Assembly: GCA_963749495.1 (NCBI GenBank)
Contig: CAVVMW010000022.1
Coordinates: forward strand, 160,001-224,000
Direction of reading: 5' to 3'
Length of the DNA: 64,000 nt
Source of the DNA: an uncultured bacterium
GTDB taxonomy: Bacteria > Verrucomicrobiota > Verrucomicrobiia > Limisphaerales > UBA8199
In this document: in pieces, positions 1 through 9,578 of the stretch
Layout of the letters: every line of letters starts with the position of its first letter
Position numbering within the stretch: the first letter of the stretch is position 1
Program-made: the position numbers and the translations under genes
Notes under the pieces: generated by a model
Told to the model about the DNA's origin: nothing
Seen by the model: the letters and a program-made list of their open reading frames with translations, nothing else
Databases searched by the model: none

Positions 1-476
1 GCACCATGCAGCGGCACAAGGTCCGGATGCCTGCGGTCCTCTACGCCTATGGAGCCTGCAGCCCTTTCGAGAAAAACAACTGGGAAAACGCGGCCTGGTG
101 CCTCAAAGCCTTCATGCACGAGTGCGACGGGGTCCTGCCGTGGCAGTCACTGGGCACCGGGTTGGTCAACCCTGACCCGGAGGGATACGGGAACGCTCTG
201 ATCGTGGACGGCGGACCGTACGGAAATGCGATCGCATCCTTCAGGGTCCATGCACTGCGGCGCGGCGCGCAGGACGCCGAGTTGCTCCGATTGCTGGTGT
301 TGCAGAAGGGCTGGAGCCGGCAGCAGGCGGGGCTCTTTGCTTCACAAAGGGTTCCGCTCATCGCCCAATATAAGCAGAAGTTCACCGACGAAGCGTCTGC
401 GCAGGCCTTCGGCGCCCTCTCAAGTCAGCGGTTCGTTGAACTGGAGGAAGGCATCCTCAAGTTGTTGGAACCGTAG
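1..476 (+). CDS. 3' part of a hypothetical, possibly glycoside-hydrolase-associated protein (DUF4091-like C-terminus); starts outside the window
   Basis: Open frame from the window edge to TAG 474-476; motif SFRVHALRRGAQDAELL resembles the S-x-R-x-x-x-L-R-x-G-x-Q-D-x-E tail of DUF4091 proteins. Confidence 0.5.
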   Translation, partial: TMQRHKVRMPAVLYAYGACSPFEKNNWENAAWCLKAFMHECDGVLPWQSLGTGLVNPDPEGYGNALIVDGGPYGNAIASFRVHALRRGAQDAELLRLLVLQKGWSRQQAGLFASQRVPLIAQYKQKFTDEASAQAFGALSSQRFVELEEGILKLLEP

Positions 477-479
477 AGA

Positions 480-630
480 TCATTTGGGCAGAGCATCGAT
501 GACGTCGCCGCGCAGTTCGAGCCGTGCTGGCAGCAAATCCGGCCGCGCGGCAAGAGCGTCGGCTATGAGCGCCTTGGCCTCATCGGTGCGCCCGCTGTTT
601 TTCCGCACCAACGCCAGGCGGCGGCTCCGA
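480..630 (-). pseudogene. TPR-like C-terminal gene remnant
   Basis: LALVRKNSGRTDEAKALIADALAARPDLLPARLEL has TPR helix spacing; no credible start. Confidence 0.35.
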
Positions 631-671
631 GCCGCCGCCTCCCCTGATGAATGAAACACCCCTCCCTGAGC

Positions 672-836
672 GGGCCTGCACGCCCTAATGATGGCGCCGC
701 CCAAGCCCAGGGCGGCGGTGCCTTCGCTTCGCTCCCGGCACCTTGCCCTGGGCTGGGTTGGACTGCCCACCTTGGGGCAGCGGGCGCTCGCTCCGCTCCG
801 CGCCCTGCGCCCTACCATTCCTCGGGCAGGCCCGAT
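672..836. repeat. REP-like palindromic element
   Basis: Outer inverted CGGGCCTGC...GCAGGCCCG; inner AGCCCAGGGC...GGTGCC...GGCACC...GCCCTGGGCT hairpin. Confidence 0.5.
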
Positions 837-969
837 TGAGGCAGGCCGTGGTATTTGCGCCAACAACGCAACCAGTACGCCCTCAGACGTACCATCGACC
901 TCTTGTGCTTGTGGGGAGCGTCCCGAGCGGGTGGCCTCCAGTTGTCCATGGCCTCCAATTCGGCGAATA

Positions 970-1119
970 CGATATCAGTTGCAGTACACTTCGGACCTAG
1001 GTTCGAGCAACTGGACCAACCTGGGCAGCGCCGTCACCGCAACGGCAGCAACGCTCAGCACCACCGACTCCATCACGAACGGCCTGCAACGGTTTTACCG
1101 CGTGGTGCTCTCGCCGTAG
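970..1119 (+). pseudogene. Orphan C-terminal domain of a secreted protein
   Basis: RYQLQYTSDLGSSNWTNLGSAVTATAATLSTTDSITNGLQRFYRVVLSP* resembles the tails of the secreted proteins at 28434 and 42352; no upstream body. Confidence 0.6.
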
Positions 1120-1224
1120 GGATTCCGCAACAACGCTGTATCGCGGCGCTGGGCCAGCCTCGCCCGGCGGCCTAGCCTGACGCTGCGCTGCCGTCCAGAC
1201 CCGTGCGTGCGCGGCGACAAGACC

Positions 1225-1604
1225 ATCTGCCAGTGGTGATAGCCGCAGGACACATTGAGGCACGAGAACGGGAACCGCTGCACGGTTACTCATCGGTATG
1301 AGATTCCGGTGTGATTGTCAACGGAGCCTCCCCTGCCTTGAGCATTGCGGCATACCTGGATTCGAGGGCATCGCGCCCGCCCACAGGAACCGTCCCATGA
1401 ACCAGCGAATGAAGGGGTGTCCTACGGACGCCATTCCTTGGCGGTCTGGCGCAGTCCAAGGCGATTGTGTACAAGGGCGGGGCACATGAAATCTGAATGG
1501 CGGAATTTTCCCACGGCCTCCTCTGGGTCCATTGGTGGCCGGACGGCACAGGCGCAGTCGAACGCCAGGGCGCGGTCTTTGTCATGTCGCTCCTCTTGCG
1601 ACAC
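1225..1604 (-). pseudogene. Degraded M28/M42-like peptidase remnant (tentative)
   Basis: Fragments QEE..., LAFDC and HTD...QRFPFSCLNVSCGYHHW lie in different frames. Confidence 0.25.
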
Positions 1605-1687
1605 GCACCAGTTCGGGCACCGGGCAAAAACGCCTCGGGCGATCCTGTGCTCGCCAAAAGGGCCGGGTCTCCCCTCCTCCAGTCAGG

Positions 1688-2476
1688 CTATTTCAGGTGC
1701 CAGCGGATGGTGTAACGCCAGTCGTCCTCTGGCTTGTAAGCCTGCGCTCCCTTTTGGCTGATGGTAAATTCACCCGTGCTCCGGTTGTCAACCTCGTCGG
1801 TGCAAACATCCCCGTCCACATCATCGAGCTGCAACTTGAAACTGCATGTTTGACCGGCCTGAATCTTCGGCAGCTCCAGGGCGACGGGGATAGTGACCTG
1901 GTTCTTGTCGTAGCCCTTGCCTTCAATGTAGTACCTGCGGGTCACGTCCCCAACCTTTGCCTCAAAACACACGAACCAGGTTGCGCTCTGCGGCGTATCC
2001 GCCATCTCAATTTCATCGATGACCAGGGTTGCCGATTCGGCGGTTGCCTTGACACGCCTGTAAATGTCCAGGCTGGGCCTCTGTTGTCCCCGCTCCTTGT
2101 CAAAACTTGACGCCATCGTCCAGGCATCCCCCGCCAAGCGGTAGATGAAGACGTATTCGTCGTCCACGTCTTGGAGGTCGGAGGCGGACCGTCCGGCGCG
2201 AATATTCAGGAAATGGGCGGTGTTGAACGGGCCAAGCTTGTCCAGTTTCAGATCGCCCTCGGCGTACAAAACCACTCGGCCTTCGGCTCCCAGAATCTGG
2301 AAGACGAATTTGTCCTTCTTGACAGTGATCGTTTGCGTGTAGTCCTGGCCCTGGTCGCTGACCTTTTTGACGGACCATTTACCCGCCAACGCTTCCAGGT
2401 CGTCCATCGCCAGAACAGGGTGACTGAGGAGGGCGGCGGCCAGGGGAAGGCCAAACAGTAATCGGTTGATGCTCAT
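1688..2476 (-). CDS. Secreted hypothetical protein (262 aa)
   Basis: Signal peptide MSINRLLFGLPLAAALLSHPVLA; protein-like composition. Confidence 0.8.
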   Translation of the reverse strand: MSINRLLFGLPLAAALLSHPVLAMDDLEALAGKWSVKKVSDQGQDYTQTITVKKDKFVFQILGAEGRVVLYAEGDLKLDKLGPFNTAHFLNIRAGRSASDLQDVDDEYVFIYRLAGDAWTMASSFDKERGQQRPSLDIYRRVKATAESATLVIDEIEMADTPQSATWFVCFEAKVGDVTRRYYIEGKGYDKNQVTIPVALELPKIQAGQTCSFKLQLDDVDGDVCTDEVDNRSTGEFTISQKGAQAYKPEDDWRYTIRWHLK

Positions 2477-2754
2477 GTCATGCGTGGTGATAGTTTGGCT
2501 TCACATTCCCACGGCGGCCCTGTGATGTCAAACGCGTCCTGATTACGGTTCCGGCCCGCAGTAGTTTAACCGGAGGATGTCTCGCCGCAGCTACCGCAAC
2601 ACCGCCAGCCCCTACGAGGCCATCGGAAGCGCGAAGTCGGGAGCGCCGTGGCCAACCTCGATGTGGATGGTCTGGTGGGCCGCGTGCGGGACGGTCACGA
2701 GGCTATCTCCATCCCGCCACGACCTGCGCGTCGCGATTCTGTTCTTGGGTGCGT

Positions 2755-3185
2755 GAACTTGTACTTTGACTCCGAGAAAGTCAGAATTTGCCAGGGCGAC
2801 TGCTCGCAAGGCATTCTTCTACCCGACACCACCATCGACTCGCTCGTCTGTGACCCACCAGCAGGCATAAGTTTCATGGGCCACTGCTGGGACGCCAATC
2901 GGGGCGGTCGTGATGCTTGGGTGGCTTGGGCAACCAGGGCATTTCAGGAGGCGCTTCGGCTGCTCAAACCTGGGGCGCACGGCCTGGTGTGGGCGCGGCC
3001 GAGACGGGCGCACTGGACTGCCTGGGCGCTGGAAAGCGCCGGCTTTGAGATCACGAACGTTGTGCATCACCTCTTTGCGGATGGGTTCCCAAAGAACCAG
3101 GACATTTCGGTCGCCATCGACAAAACTCTGGGGGCCAAGCGCCGGGTCATCGGCGTCAAAAAGAACACCCAAACCCACTTTCAAA
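2755..3185 (+). pseudogene. Truncated N4/N6 DNA methyltransferase (N-terminal half)
   Basis: QGDC...IDSLVCDPPAGISFMG..WD...LRLLKPGAH...GFPK; catalytic-loop region present, C-terminal SAM-binding (FxGxG) part absent. Confidence 0.7.
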
Positions 3186-3269
3186 TCTCGTGTCCGGCCA
3201 GCCGGCGAATCCGCCACGGGAGCACGCGCCGCTTGTGTCGATGACCTGGACCTGGTTACACTCCGGCAC

Positions 3270-4526
3270 ATGCGCACTGTCGTCGGATTATCGTGGCGTG
3301 GGTTTGCCGCGGTTGTTGCGGTCCTCCTGGCCCTGTCGCTTTGGGTGGCGTGGCACTCGGAGCCGCGCGGCCCGGTTATTCCCATTGGGCCGGCGCGCGT
3401 CAAACCGCAGGTTTATGTGAGGTTGTCCAGGGTGGTGGTCCTGGCGGCTGATGGCAGCCTTTGGGCTTGGGGCGAGGGTGCCCTTCCCGGGGCTCGTCCC
3501 GGCACCCGGGTCCGGCAGCCGCCCGCTCGCGTAGGCAAGGACTCGGACTGGAAGGCGGTCGCGCCAGGTGGCTCGCACACCGCTGCCGTCAAGCTGGACG
3601 GCTCTCTCTGGGAATGGGGGCCGATGATCTCCGGTATTGCCCGGCTGACCCGCCAGACCAATTTCCAGGCCGTGGCCGCCGGTAATATCCATTGCTTGGC
3701 GTTGCAGGCCGATGGCACGCTCTGGGCCTGGGGCAACAACTCTTTCGGTCAACTGGGCGATGGCACAACGCTTGACCGGAAGGAACCTGTCCAGGTCGCG
3801 GGTGGCAACAATTGGGTTGCGGTGGCCTCGGACTGTATCGCAACGGTTGGGCTGAAGAAGAACGGCACGTTGTGGGGTTGGGGGGAGTTCCTGGACGCTC
3901 CGCTGGTCACCTCCAGTTCGCCGGTCCAGTTGGGTCCGGGCACGAACTGGACGGCCATTTACCCCGCCAGCAGTACGTTCGCCGCCCGGCAGCAAGACGG
4001 CACCTATTGGCTCTTTGGAAGGCATTGGCCGTGGCCGGGTGATGATACGAAGCTTCCGACCATCCAACTGCCCTCGCCTTCGCCCGTCAAGGAACTGGTG
4101 CAACTGACGAACGTTGTCGGCTGGCGCGACCCGGCTTTCGGCGGTTGCGTGTTGGGGTTCCGGGAGGATGGAAGGCTGTGGGGATTCGGCCACCGTAGTA
4201 ACGGGGACTTGGGCGTCGGCGCCGGGGCAGACTTGGGCCAACCACTGCCCGTCGGCCACCGCCGGGATTGGGTGGCGGTGGCAACCGACGGCGGCAGCAG
4301 TGTCGGCATGACCGCCGACGGCTCCGTCTGGGCCTGGGGCGTGCGCCTGGATAAGCCGCCTAAGTTCTCGACGTTGCAAAAGGTCGTCAACTGGTGCAGA
4401 AAGAAATGGAACCCGAAGTATGTTCCCTCGCCCGAGCCCGTCATCAGTCCTCGCCCTCAACTTGTCATGAGGTTCAGACTACCGGCGACGAATCAAATAG
4501 CCACCGTGCAGGCGCCCTCACCCTGA
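3270..4526 (+). CDS. Membrane-anchored RCC1/BLIP-II repeat beta-propeller protein
   Basis: N-terminal TM helix; repeated DGSLWAWG/DGTLWAWGNNSFGQLGDG units. Confidence 0.85.
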   Translation: MRTVVGLSWRGFAAVVAVLLALSLWVAWHSEPRGPVIPIGPARVKPQVYVRLSRVVVLAADGSLWAWGEGALPGARPGTRVRQPPARVGKDSDWKAVAPGGSHTAAVKLDGSLWEWGPMISGIARLTRQTNFQAVAAGNIHCLALQADGTLWAWGNNSFGQLGDGTTLDRKEPVQVAGGNNWVAVASDCIATVGLKKNGTLWGWGEFLDAPLVTSSSPVQLGPGTNWTAIYPASSTFAARQQDGTYWLFGRHWPWPGDDTKLPTIQLPSPSPVKELVQLTNVVGWRDPAFGGCVLGFREDGRLWGFGHRSNGDLGVGAGADLGQPLPVGHRRDWVAVATDGGSSVGMTADGSVWAWGVRLDKPPKFSTLQKVVNWCRKKWNPKYVPSPEPVISPRPQLVMRFRLPATNQIATVQAPSP

Positions 4527-5002
4527 CAGGGATGCTCGACCGCTGACCAGGTGGAGAGCCGGCCCGAGTGGCCTCGGGCCGACTACTTCAAGGTGCTGAA
4601 GACCTCCACGGACAGCCTGTTCCCCGGAAAGCCAAGGGGCGGAAGGGCCAGAGGCTAATACGGCGGTGAGGCCAAGGACCACCACGTCCAGGATGCCGCA
4701 GGTGACCTGGCCGCACTACGGACTGTGAGGCCCGCTGCTTCCCGATGCCATCGCTGTGGACGGGCCTGTCCAAGCAGTGCTGGTAAATTCGAGGCAAACG
4801 CCGTCACATCAGCCTGGCAGCCAGGCGTGACGATTGCGGCTACCTCCGAGGGCGGACCAGTAGCACCATGCCCGGCCCAACCGAAGGGAGCTGGTCGCGC
4901 TTCTTGAGGGGCGGAATTGGGGCGAAAAGGAAGGGGCTGCGTAAGCCGGCTGAGGGGGGGCACGATGTACCGGGGCCGGGCCGACTGTAATTAAACCCGC
5001 AC

Positions 5003-5032
5003 TTGATCGAGATCAGTTTTCTGGCATATAAT
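5003..5032 (+). promoter_or_regulatory. Sigma70-like promoter TTGATC-N18-TATAAT, probably giving a leaderless mRNA
   Basis: Perfect -10 at 5027-5032; in-frame GTG at 5039 sits at the expected +1. Confidence 0.55.
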
Positions 5033-5038
5033 GCGGCC

Positions 5039-5731
5039 GTGGGAACTCAGCACTGGATAGCCGACAAAGATCGGCTCTTGGGCACCATGACCGATCGGAA
5101 CTTGGCACAACGCCTCGGGCGGTCACTGGGAACGATCATCAAGCGCCGGCGCAAACTGGGCGTCGCGCCATTTCGCCCTCACGCACGCCTCTGGAGCCAA
5201 GCCGAAGAGGAACTGCTGGGCACCATGGCGGATCGGCAGCTGGCGCGTCGCCTGAATCGAAGCGTCAATAGCGTGGCAGCACGCCGGCGTGCCAGACACA
5301 TTCCCATTTTCAAGCCCAAAAAACGCCTGTGGACGCCCGCTGACGACAAATTGCTGAGTGAGCGTCCCGACAAACAGGTTGCGATGTTGCTGGGCATGAG
5401 CAGGCTGGCGGTGAAGCGCCGCCGCCTGCGGCTTGGTATTTTGCGGCCAGGCCGAGAATATGTTCGGCTAAGGCCCTGGCAGCCCACGGAGGATGCGCTG
5501 CTGGGCACGGCTTCGGACAGCGAGTTGGCCCGCAGGCTGGGGCGCCGCATTTCCAGCGTGCGCCAGAGAAGGATTCAACTGGGTCTCCAATCTCCCTGCT
5601 GCCATTGGACTGCACAAGACGATGCGCTGCTGGGGAAGATGCTGGACAAGGCCGTGGCCCAGCGCCTGGGCCGGACGGTCCGAGCTGTCGCCACCCGGCG
5701 CCAACGGCTGGGGATACCGGTCGGCGGCTGA
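5039..5731 (+). CDS. Protein made of five tandem Myb/SANT-like HTH repeats (~45 aa each)
   Basis: Five W-x4-D/E-x-LLG-x2-D-x2-LA-x-RLG-R-x6-RR-x2-LG-I units; very basic. Confidence 0.8.
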   Translation: MGTQHWIADKDRLLGTMTDRNLAQRLGRSLGTIIKRRRKLGVAPFRPHARLWSQAEEELLGTMADRQLARRLNRSVNSVAARRRARHIPIFKPKKRLWTPADDKLLSERPDKQVAMLLGMSRLAVKRRRLRLGILRPGREYVRLRPWQPTEDALLGTASDSELARRLGRRISSVRQRRIQLGLQSPCCHWTAQDDALLGKMLDKAVAQRLGRTVRAVATRRQRLGIPVGG

Positions 5732-5834
5732 GATTCAGAAACAGGGCTCGTGGTAATAGCTGATGTTTACTTATATCTCCGGCGGCCAAGGTGAACAAGG
5801 AGAATCTGGGCTGTTTTCGGATGTCGGGTGTGAG

Positions 5835-6062
5835 ATGAGCGGGTTTCGTCTCGACATGACCCACCCGTTTTGGGAGGTATCCGGCAAAACCGACTTTTCT
5901 TCACTTCTCGCGGCACTACCAGATTTATTGCCCGGAGAGTGTGTCCTTTTCTTTGAAGGGGGATCACCGACTGGCGAGCTTGTGAAATTCCTCCAAGAAC
6001 ATGAAATTCCAGAGCGCCTGCATATCGCTTATGGGACTATCTGGCCCAAGCCCTTGGTTTAA
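5835..6062 (+). CDS. Short hypothetical protein, probably truncated
   Basis: Globular-looking ORF ending abruptly at GTIWPKPLV*. Confidence 0.45.
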   Translation: MSGFRLDMTHPFWEVSGKTDFSSLLAALPDLLPGECVLFFEGGSPTGELVKFLQEHEIPERLHIAYGTIWPKPLV

Positions 6063-6596
6063 GGCATAGTTTGGTGCCCTTTCTTGCAGGGTTGATCAAA
6101 TGGGTCGTTTCGATATGGAACTTATTCCATTTCGCAGTCCTGTCCAGCGGCTTTTGCTCGTTCTCGACCTTCAGCCCGGCTTGGACCTCGACCTCAACCT
6201 CGGCCTGGACCTTGGCAACGGCACCGGCCATGACCCCGACGACTATATTCGACGGGCCTGCCCAGGTGGACGGCGCGGACATCCAGAGCGGCGAATCTTG
6301 GAAGTCGTCGCGGATGTCAACAATTGTTAACACTCCGCTGCGAGCGCAAAACGAGGCGCAGGCTGGCACCACGCCGCCGTCAATCAGGTTACGGGCACCA
6401 TCCGGCGCGGTCCGTCAGCAGCGGCGTCAACTGGCCCATCAAGCCTGACTGCGCCAGTTTGCCAGAAGAGGTCGTTGAGACGCTCAACGACCCGTATCGA
6501 AGATATCCTCGACCTCGGCACTGAGAAACGTCCAAGAAGTGTCCAAGCGTGCTTATTCCTGAAGTGACTGTGAACGCGTAAGCAGTTGATTATCAA

Positions 6597-6673
6597 TGGC
6601 GCACCCAGCAGGAGTTGAACCTGCAACCTTCTGATCCGTAGTCAGATGCTCTATCCAATTGAGCTATGGGTGC
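6597..6673 (-). tRNA. tRNA-Arg (anticodon ACG)
   Basis: Minus strand reads GCACCCATAGCTCAATTGGATAGAGCATCTGACTACGGATCAGAAGGTTGCAGGTTCAACTCCTGCTGGGTGCGCCA; 7-bp acceptor stem, GGTTCAA T-loop, encoded CCA. Confidence 0.97.
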
Positions 6674-6689
6674 GCACCAGATGGGCCAA

Positions 6690-6718
6690 AATCTAATGGC
6701 CGGCGGGGCGGCGCGCAA
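6690..6718 (-). promoter_or_regulatory. Sigma70-like promoter of the tRNA (TTGCGC-N17-TAGATT)
   Basis: 17-bp spacing, immediately upstream of the tRNA 5' end. Confidence 0.55.
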
Positions 6719-6810
6719 GTGAAAACATCGGTGGGACACTTCTGGCTTGACTCGGACTGGGGGTTGCGGTCAAGGTGTGCGGCAAATTCGATTCAAACCA
6801 AAGAACGACC

Positions 6811-7575
6811 ATGATGCGCCACAAGAGAACACTCGGAATAACGATCACTGTCCTGGCCTTGCTGGCAGTGGGGGCTTTCACCTTCCTGGGACGCGCCGCC
6901 GACGGGCCGAAGAAGATTCGCGTGCTGCTGGTGACGGGAGACGACGTTTCGGTCCATCCCTGGCCTGTGGTTTCGAAAGCGATCAAGGAGACGCTGGTCT
7001 CGAGCGGGCGTTTCGAGGTGCGGGTGTGCGAGGATGCGGGCGTGCTGGACTCGGCCTCGAGCCTGGCCCGCTATGACCTTGTGTTCCTGGACTACTACAA
7101 TGCCCAGACGCCGACTCTCTCTGCCGCGGCGAAGGAGAACCTGCTGAACTTCGTGAGCAACGGCAAGGGCTTCGCCCTGGCGCACCTGTCCAGCGCCTCG
7201 TTCAAGGAGTGGCCGGAGTTTGGCAAGCTGTGCGGGCGTTACTGGGTCATGGGCACCTCGGGCCACGGCCCGCGCACCCCCTTCAAGGCGCGCATCGCGA
7301 ACAGGGACCATCCGATTACCCAGGGTCTTGACGATTTCGTGGCTGACGATGAACTCTACGCCAAGCTCCAGGGCGACACGCCGATCACCGTGCTGGTGGA
7401 AGCCGATTCGGATTACAGCCACAAGACCGAGCCGCTGGCCTTCACCGTCGAGTATGGAAAGGGCCGCGTTTTTCACGAGACCTTCGGCCACGACGGCAAG
7501 GCGCTCGATAATCCCACCATCCAGAAGCTCATTCAGCGCGGTTGCGAATGGGCGGCTACGGGCACGGTGAAGTAA
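6811..7575 (+). CDS. ThuA-domain (class I GAT-like) secreted protein
   Basis: Signal peptide; HPITQGLDDF...DELY; YGKGRVFHETFGHD; RGCEWAA. Confidence 0.88.
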   Translation: MMRHKRTLGITITVLALLAVGAFTFLGRAADGPKKIRVLLVTGDDVSVHPWPVVSKAIKETLVSSGRFEVRVCEDAGVLDSASSLARYDLVFLDYYNAQTPTLSAAAKENLLNFVSNGKGFALAHLSSASFKEWPEFGKLCGRYWVMGTSGHGPRTPFKARIANRDHPITQGLDDFVADDELYAKLQGDTPITVLVEADSDYSHKTEPLAFTVEYGKGRVFHETFGHDGKALDNPTIQKLIQRGCEWAATGTVK

Positions 7576-7709
7576 AGGCTAAAGGCTAAAGGCTAAAGGC
7601 TAAAGTGAAGACTGCGCAGGGAGAGCGCATGGCTCGGCTCTGCGCTTGGCTCTGCTCTGGGTCCCGCTCCTGAGCTCTTGATCCTTCAGCCTTTAGCCTT
7701 GAGCCTTTA
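7573..7709. repeat. Inverted heptamer tandem repeats (TAAAGGC)x4 ... (GCCTTTA-like)x3 between convergent genes
   Basis: Direct reading of 7573-7605 and 7689-7709. Confidence 0.85.
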
Positions 7710-9301
7710 CTTCCGGAGCACGGTATCGCGCTGGGCCCAGGCGGGGTCGGGTTTGGGGTAGTCGAGGTTGTAGTTGAGGCCGCGGCTTTCCGGGCGCTGG
7801 AGGGCGCTGTGGATGATCAGTTCGGCGACGGTGGCGATGTTGCGCAGTTCGAGCAGGTCGCGGGTGACGATGAAATCCCAATAGTACTCCTGGATTTCGT
7901 CCTGGAGGTTGGCGATGCGTTTGAGGGCGCGCTGGAGGCGTTTGTTGGTGCGGACGATGCCCACGTAGTCCCACATGGCGCGGCGGATTTCGTCCCAGTT
8001 ATGGGAGACCACGACCATTTCATCGGGGTTGTGGGCATTGCCGGACTGCCAGGGGGGAATGGGGGCGGGGTCGGGTTGGAGCGGGGAGGCCAGGGCGCGC
8101 TGGGCGGCGCGATGGGCGCAGACGACGGCCTCGAGCAGGGAGTTGCTGGCCAGGCGGTTGGCCCCGTGCAGGCCCGTGCAGGCCACCTCGCCGACCGCGA
8201 AGAGCCCCGGGATTTCGGTCTCCCCTTGGAGGTTGGTGAGGACGCCCCCGCACTGGTAATGGGCGGCCGGCACCACGGGGATCGGCTCTTTGGTGATGTC
8301 CAACCCGTAGCGCAGGCAGGTCTGGTAGATGTTGGGGAAACGGTCCATGATGAAGCGCGCCGGCTTGTGCGTGATGTCCAGCAGCACGTAATCGGCCCCG
8401 CTCTGCTTCATCTGGCTGTCGATGGCGCGGGCAACGATGTCGCGCGGCGCCAGTGACTTCAGCGGGTGAAAGCGGTCCATGAACTCGACGCCCTCGATTG
8501 TCTTGAGCACGGCGCCCTCGCCCCGGACGGCCTCGCTGACGAGGAACGATTTGGCCTTGGGATGGTAAAGACAGGTGGGATGAAACTGGATGAACTCCAT
8601 GTTGGCCACCGGGGCCCCGGCCCGGTAGGCCATCGCGACGCCGTCGCCGGTGGCGATGTCCGGGTTGGTGGTGTAGAGATAGACCTTGCCGCAGCCGCCG
8701 GTGGCCAGGAGCGTAATCGGGGCGGCGAAAGTCTCGACCTGGCCTGAGGCCAGGTCCAGGACGTGGACTCCGAGGCAGCGGTTGGGGCCCGCTCGCCCCA
8801 GCTTCTGGCTGGTGACCAGGTCAATGGCAAAATGGTTCTCGAAAACCTCGATGTTCGGGCGTTGCGCCACCGCCGCCAGCAAGGCCCTCTCGATCTCCCG
8901 CCCGGTGACGTCCTTGGCATGGAGAATCCGCCGCTTCGAATGCCCGCCCTCCCTGCCCAGGTCCAACTCCCGCGCCCCGCGCGACCAGGGGATCTCCCGC
9001 TCGCTGAATTGCATCCCCATGGCGATGAGCTCGGCAATCCGCGCCGGCCCTTCCTCGACGATCGTCCGCACCGCGCTCTCCTTGCACAGGCCCGCGCCCG
9101 CATCGAGCGTGTCGCGCACGTGCAACTCGAAGGAATCTTCTTTGCTGGTCACCGCCGCGATCCCCCTTGGGCGTAGTTCGTGTTGGATTCCGCCCGGTCT
9201 TTTTTCGTAATGATGGCGACCCGGCCGGCGCCGGCAACTTTCAAGGCGTAAGAAAGTCCCGCTATTCCGCTCCCTAATACCAGATAATCGAATTGCTTCA
9301 T
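7707..9301 (-). CDS. nadB: L-aspartate oxidase; one frameshift at ~9164, likely a sequencing indel
   Basis: [15 protein letters not shown] motif, [55 protein letters not shown]. Confidence 0.93.
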
Positions 9302-9435
9302 GTCAAGACCCGCAGCCAGGAGACTGGCACAACCCCGGAAAAGGGAAAGGAAAAACCGGCGGCTCAGAGTCCCCTGGGTGTGAGACAGAATTCTTCTTGG
9401 ACCCCCAGGTCGCAGTTCTCGGATCTGGTTCGGGG

Positions 9436-9522
9436 CTTCGATCCTTCGTTTCCTTCTGTTCTTTTCCCCCATCCTCCCGGCTGGGCACAGAAACAGAACA
9501 GAAGGAAACGAAGGAAACGAAG
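9436..9522. repeat. Inverted 9-mer-periodic repeat CTTCGTTTCCTTCTGTTC ... GAACAGAAGGAAACGAAGGAAACGAAG
   Basis: Direct reading; a related one-armed CTCTGTTCTCTCTGTTCCCTCCTGTT run lies at ~16893-16918. Confidence 0.75.
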
Positions 9523-9578
9523 AAGCGGCCTGATGCGGCGGCATCGATCTGGGCCCTGCTAGTTTGTGCCTTTGCCCC

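Noticed and set aside
2910..3269. N-terminal extension of the RCC1 protein in the ORF track
   Set aside because: Overlaps the methyltransferase remnant in another frame; ATG 3270 before the TM helix is the credible start
6037..6524. Short ORFs and hexamer-like GACCTC run next to the tRNA
   Set aside because: No frame gives a confidently recognisable protein; probably island debris
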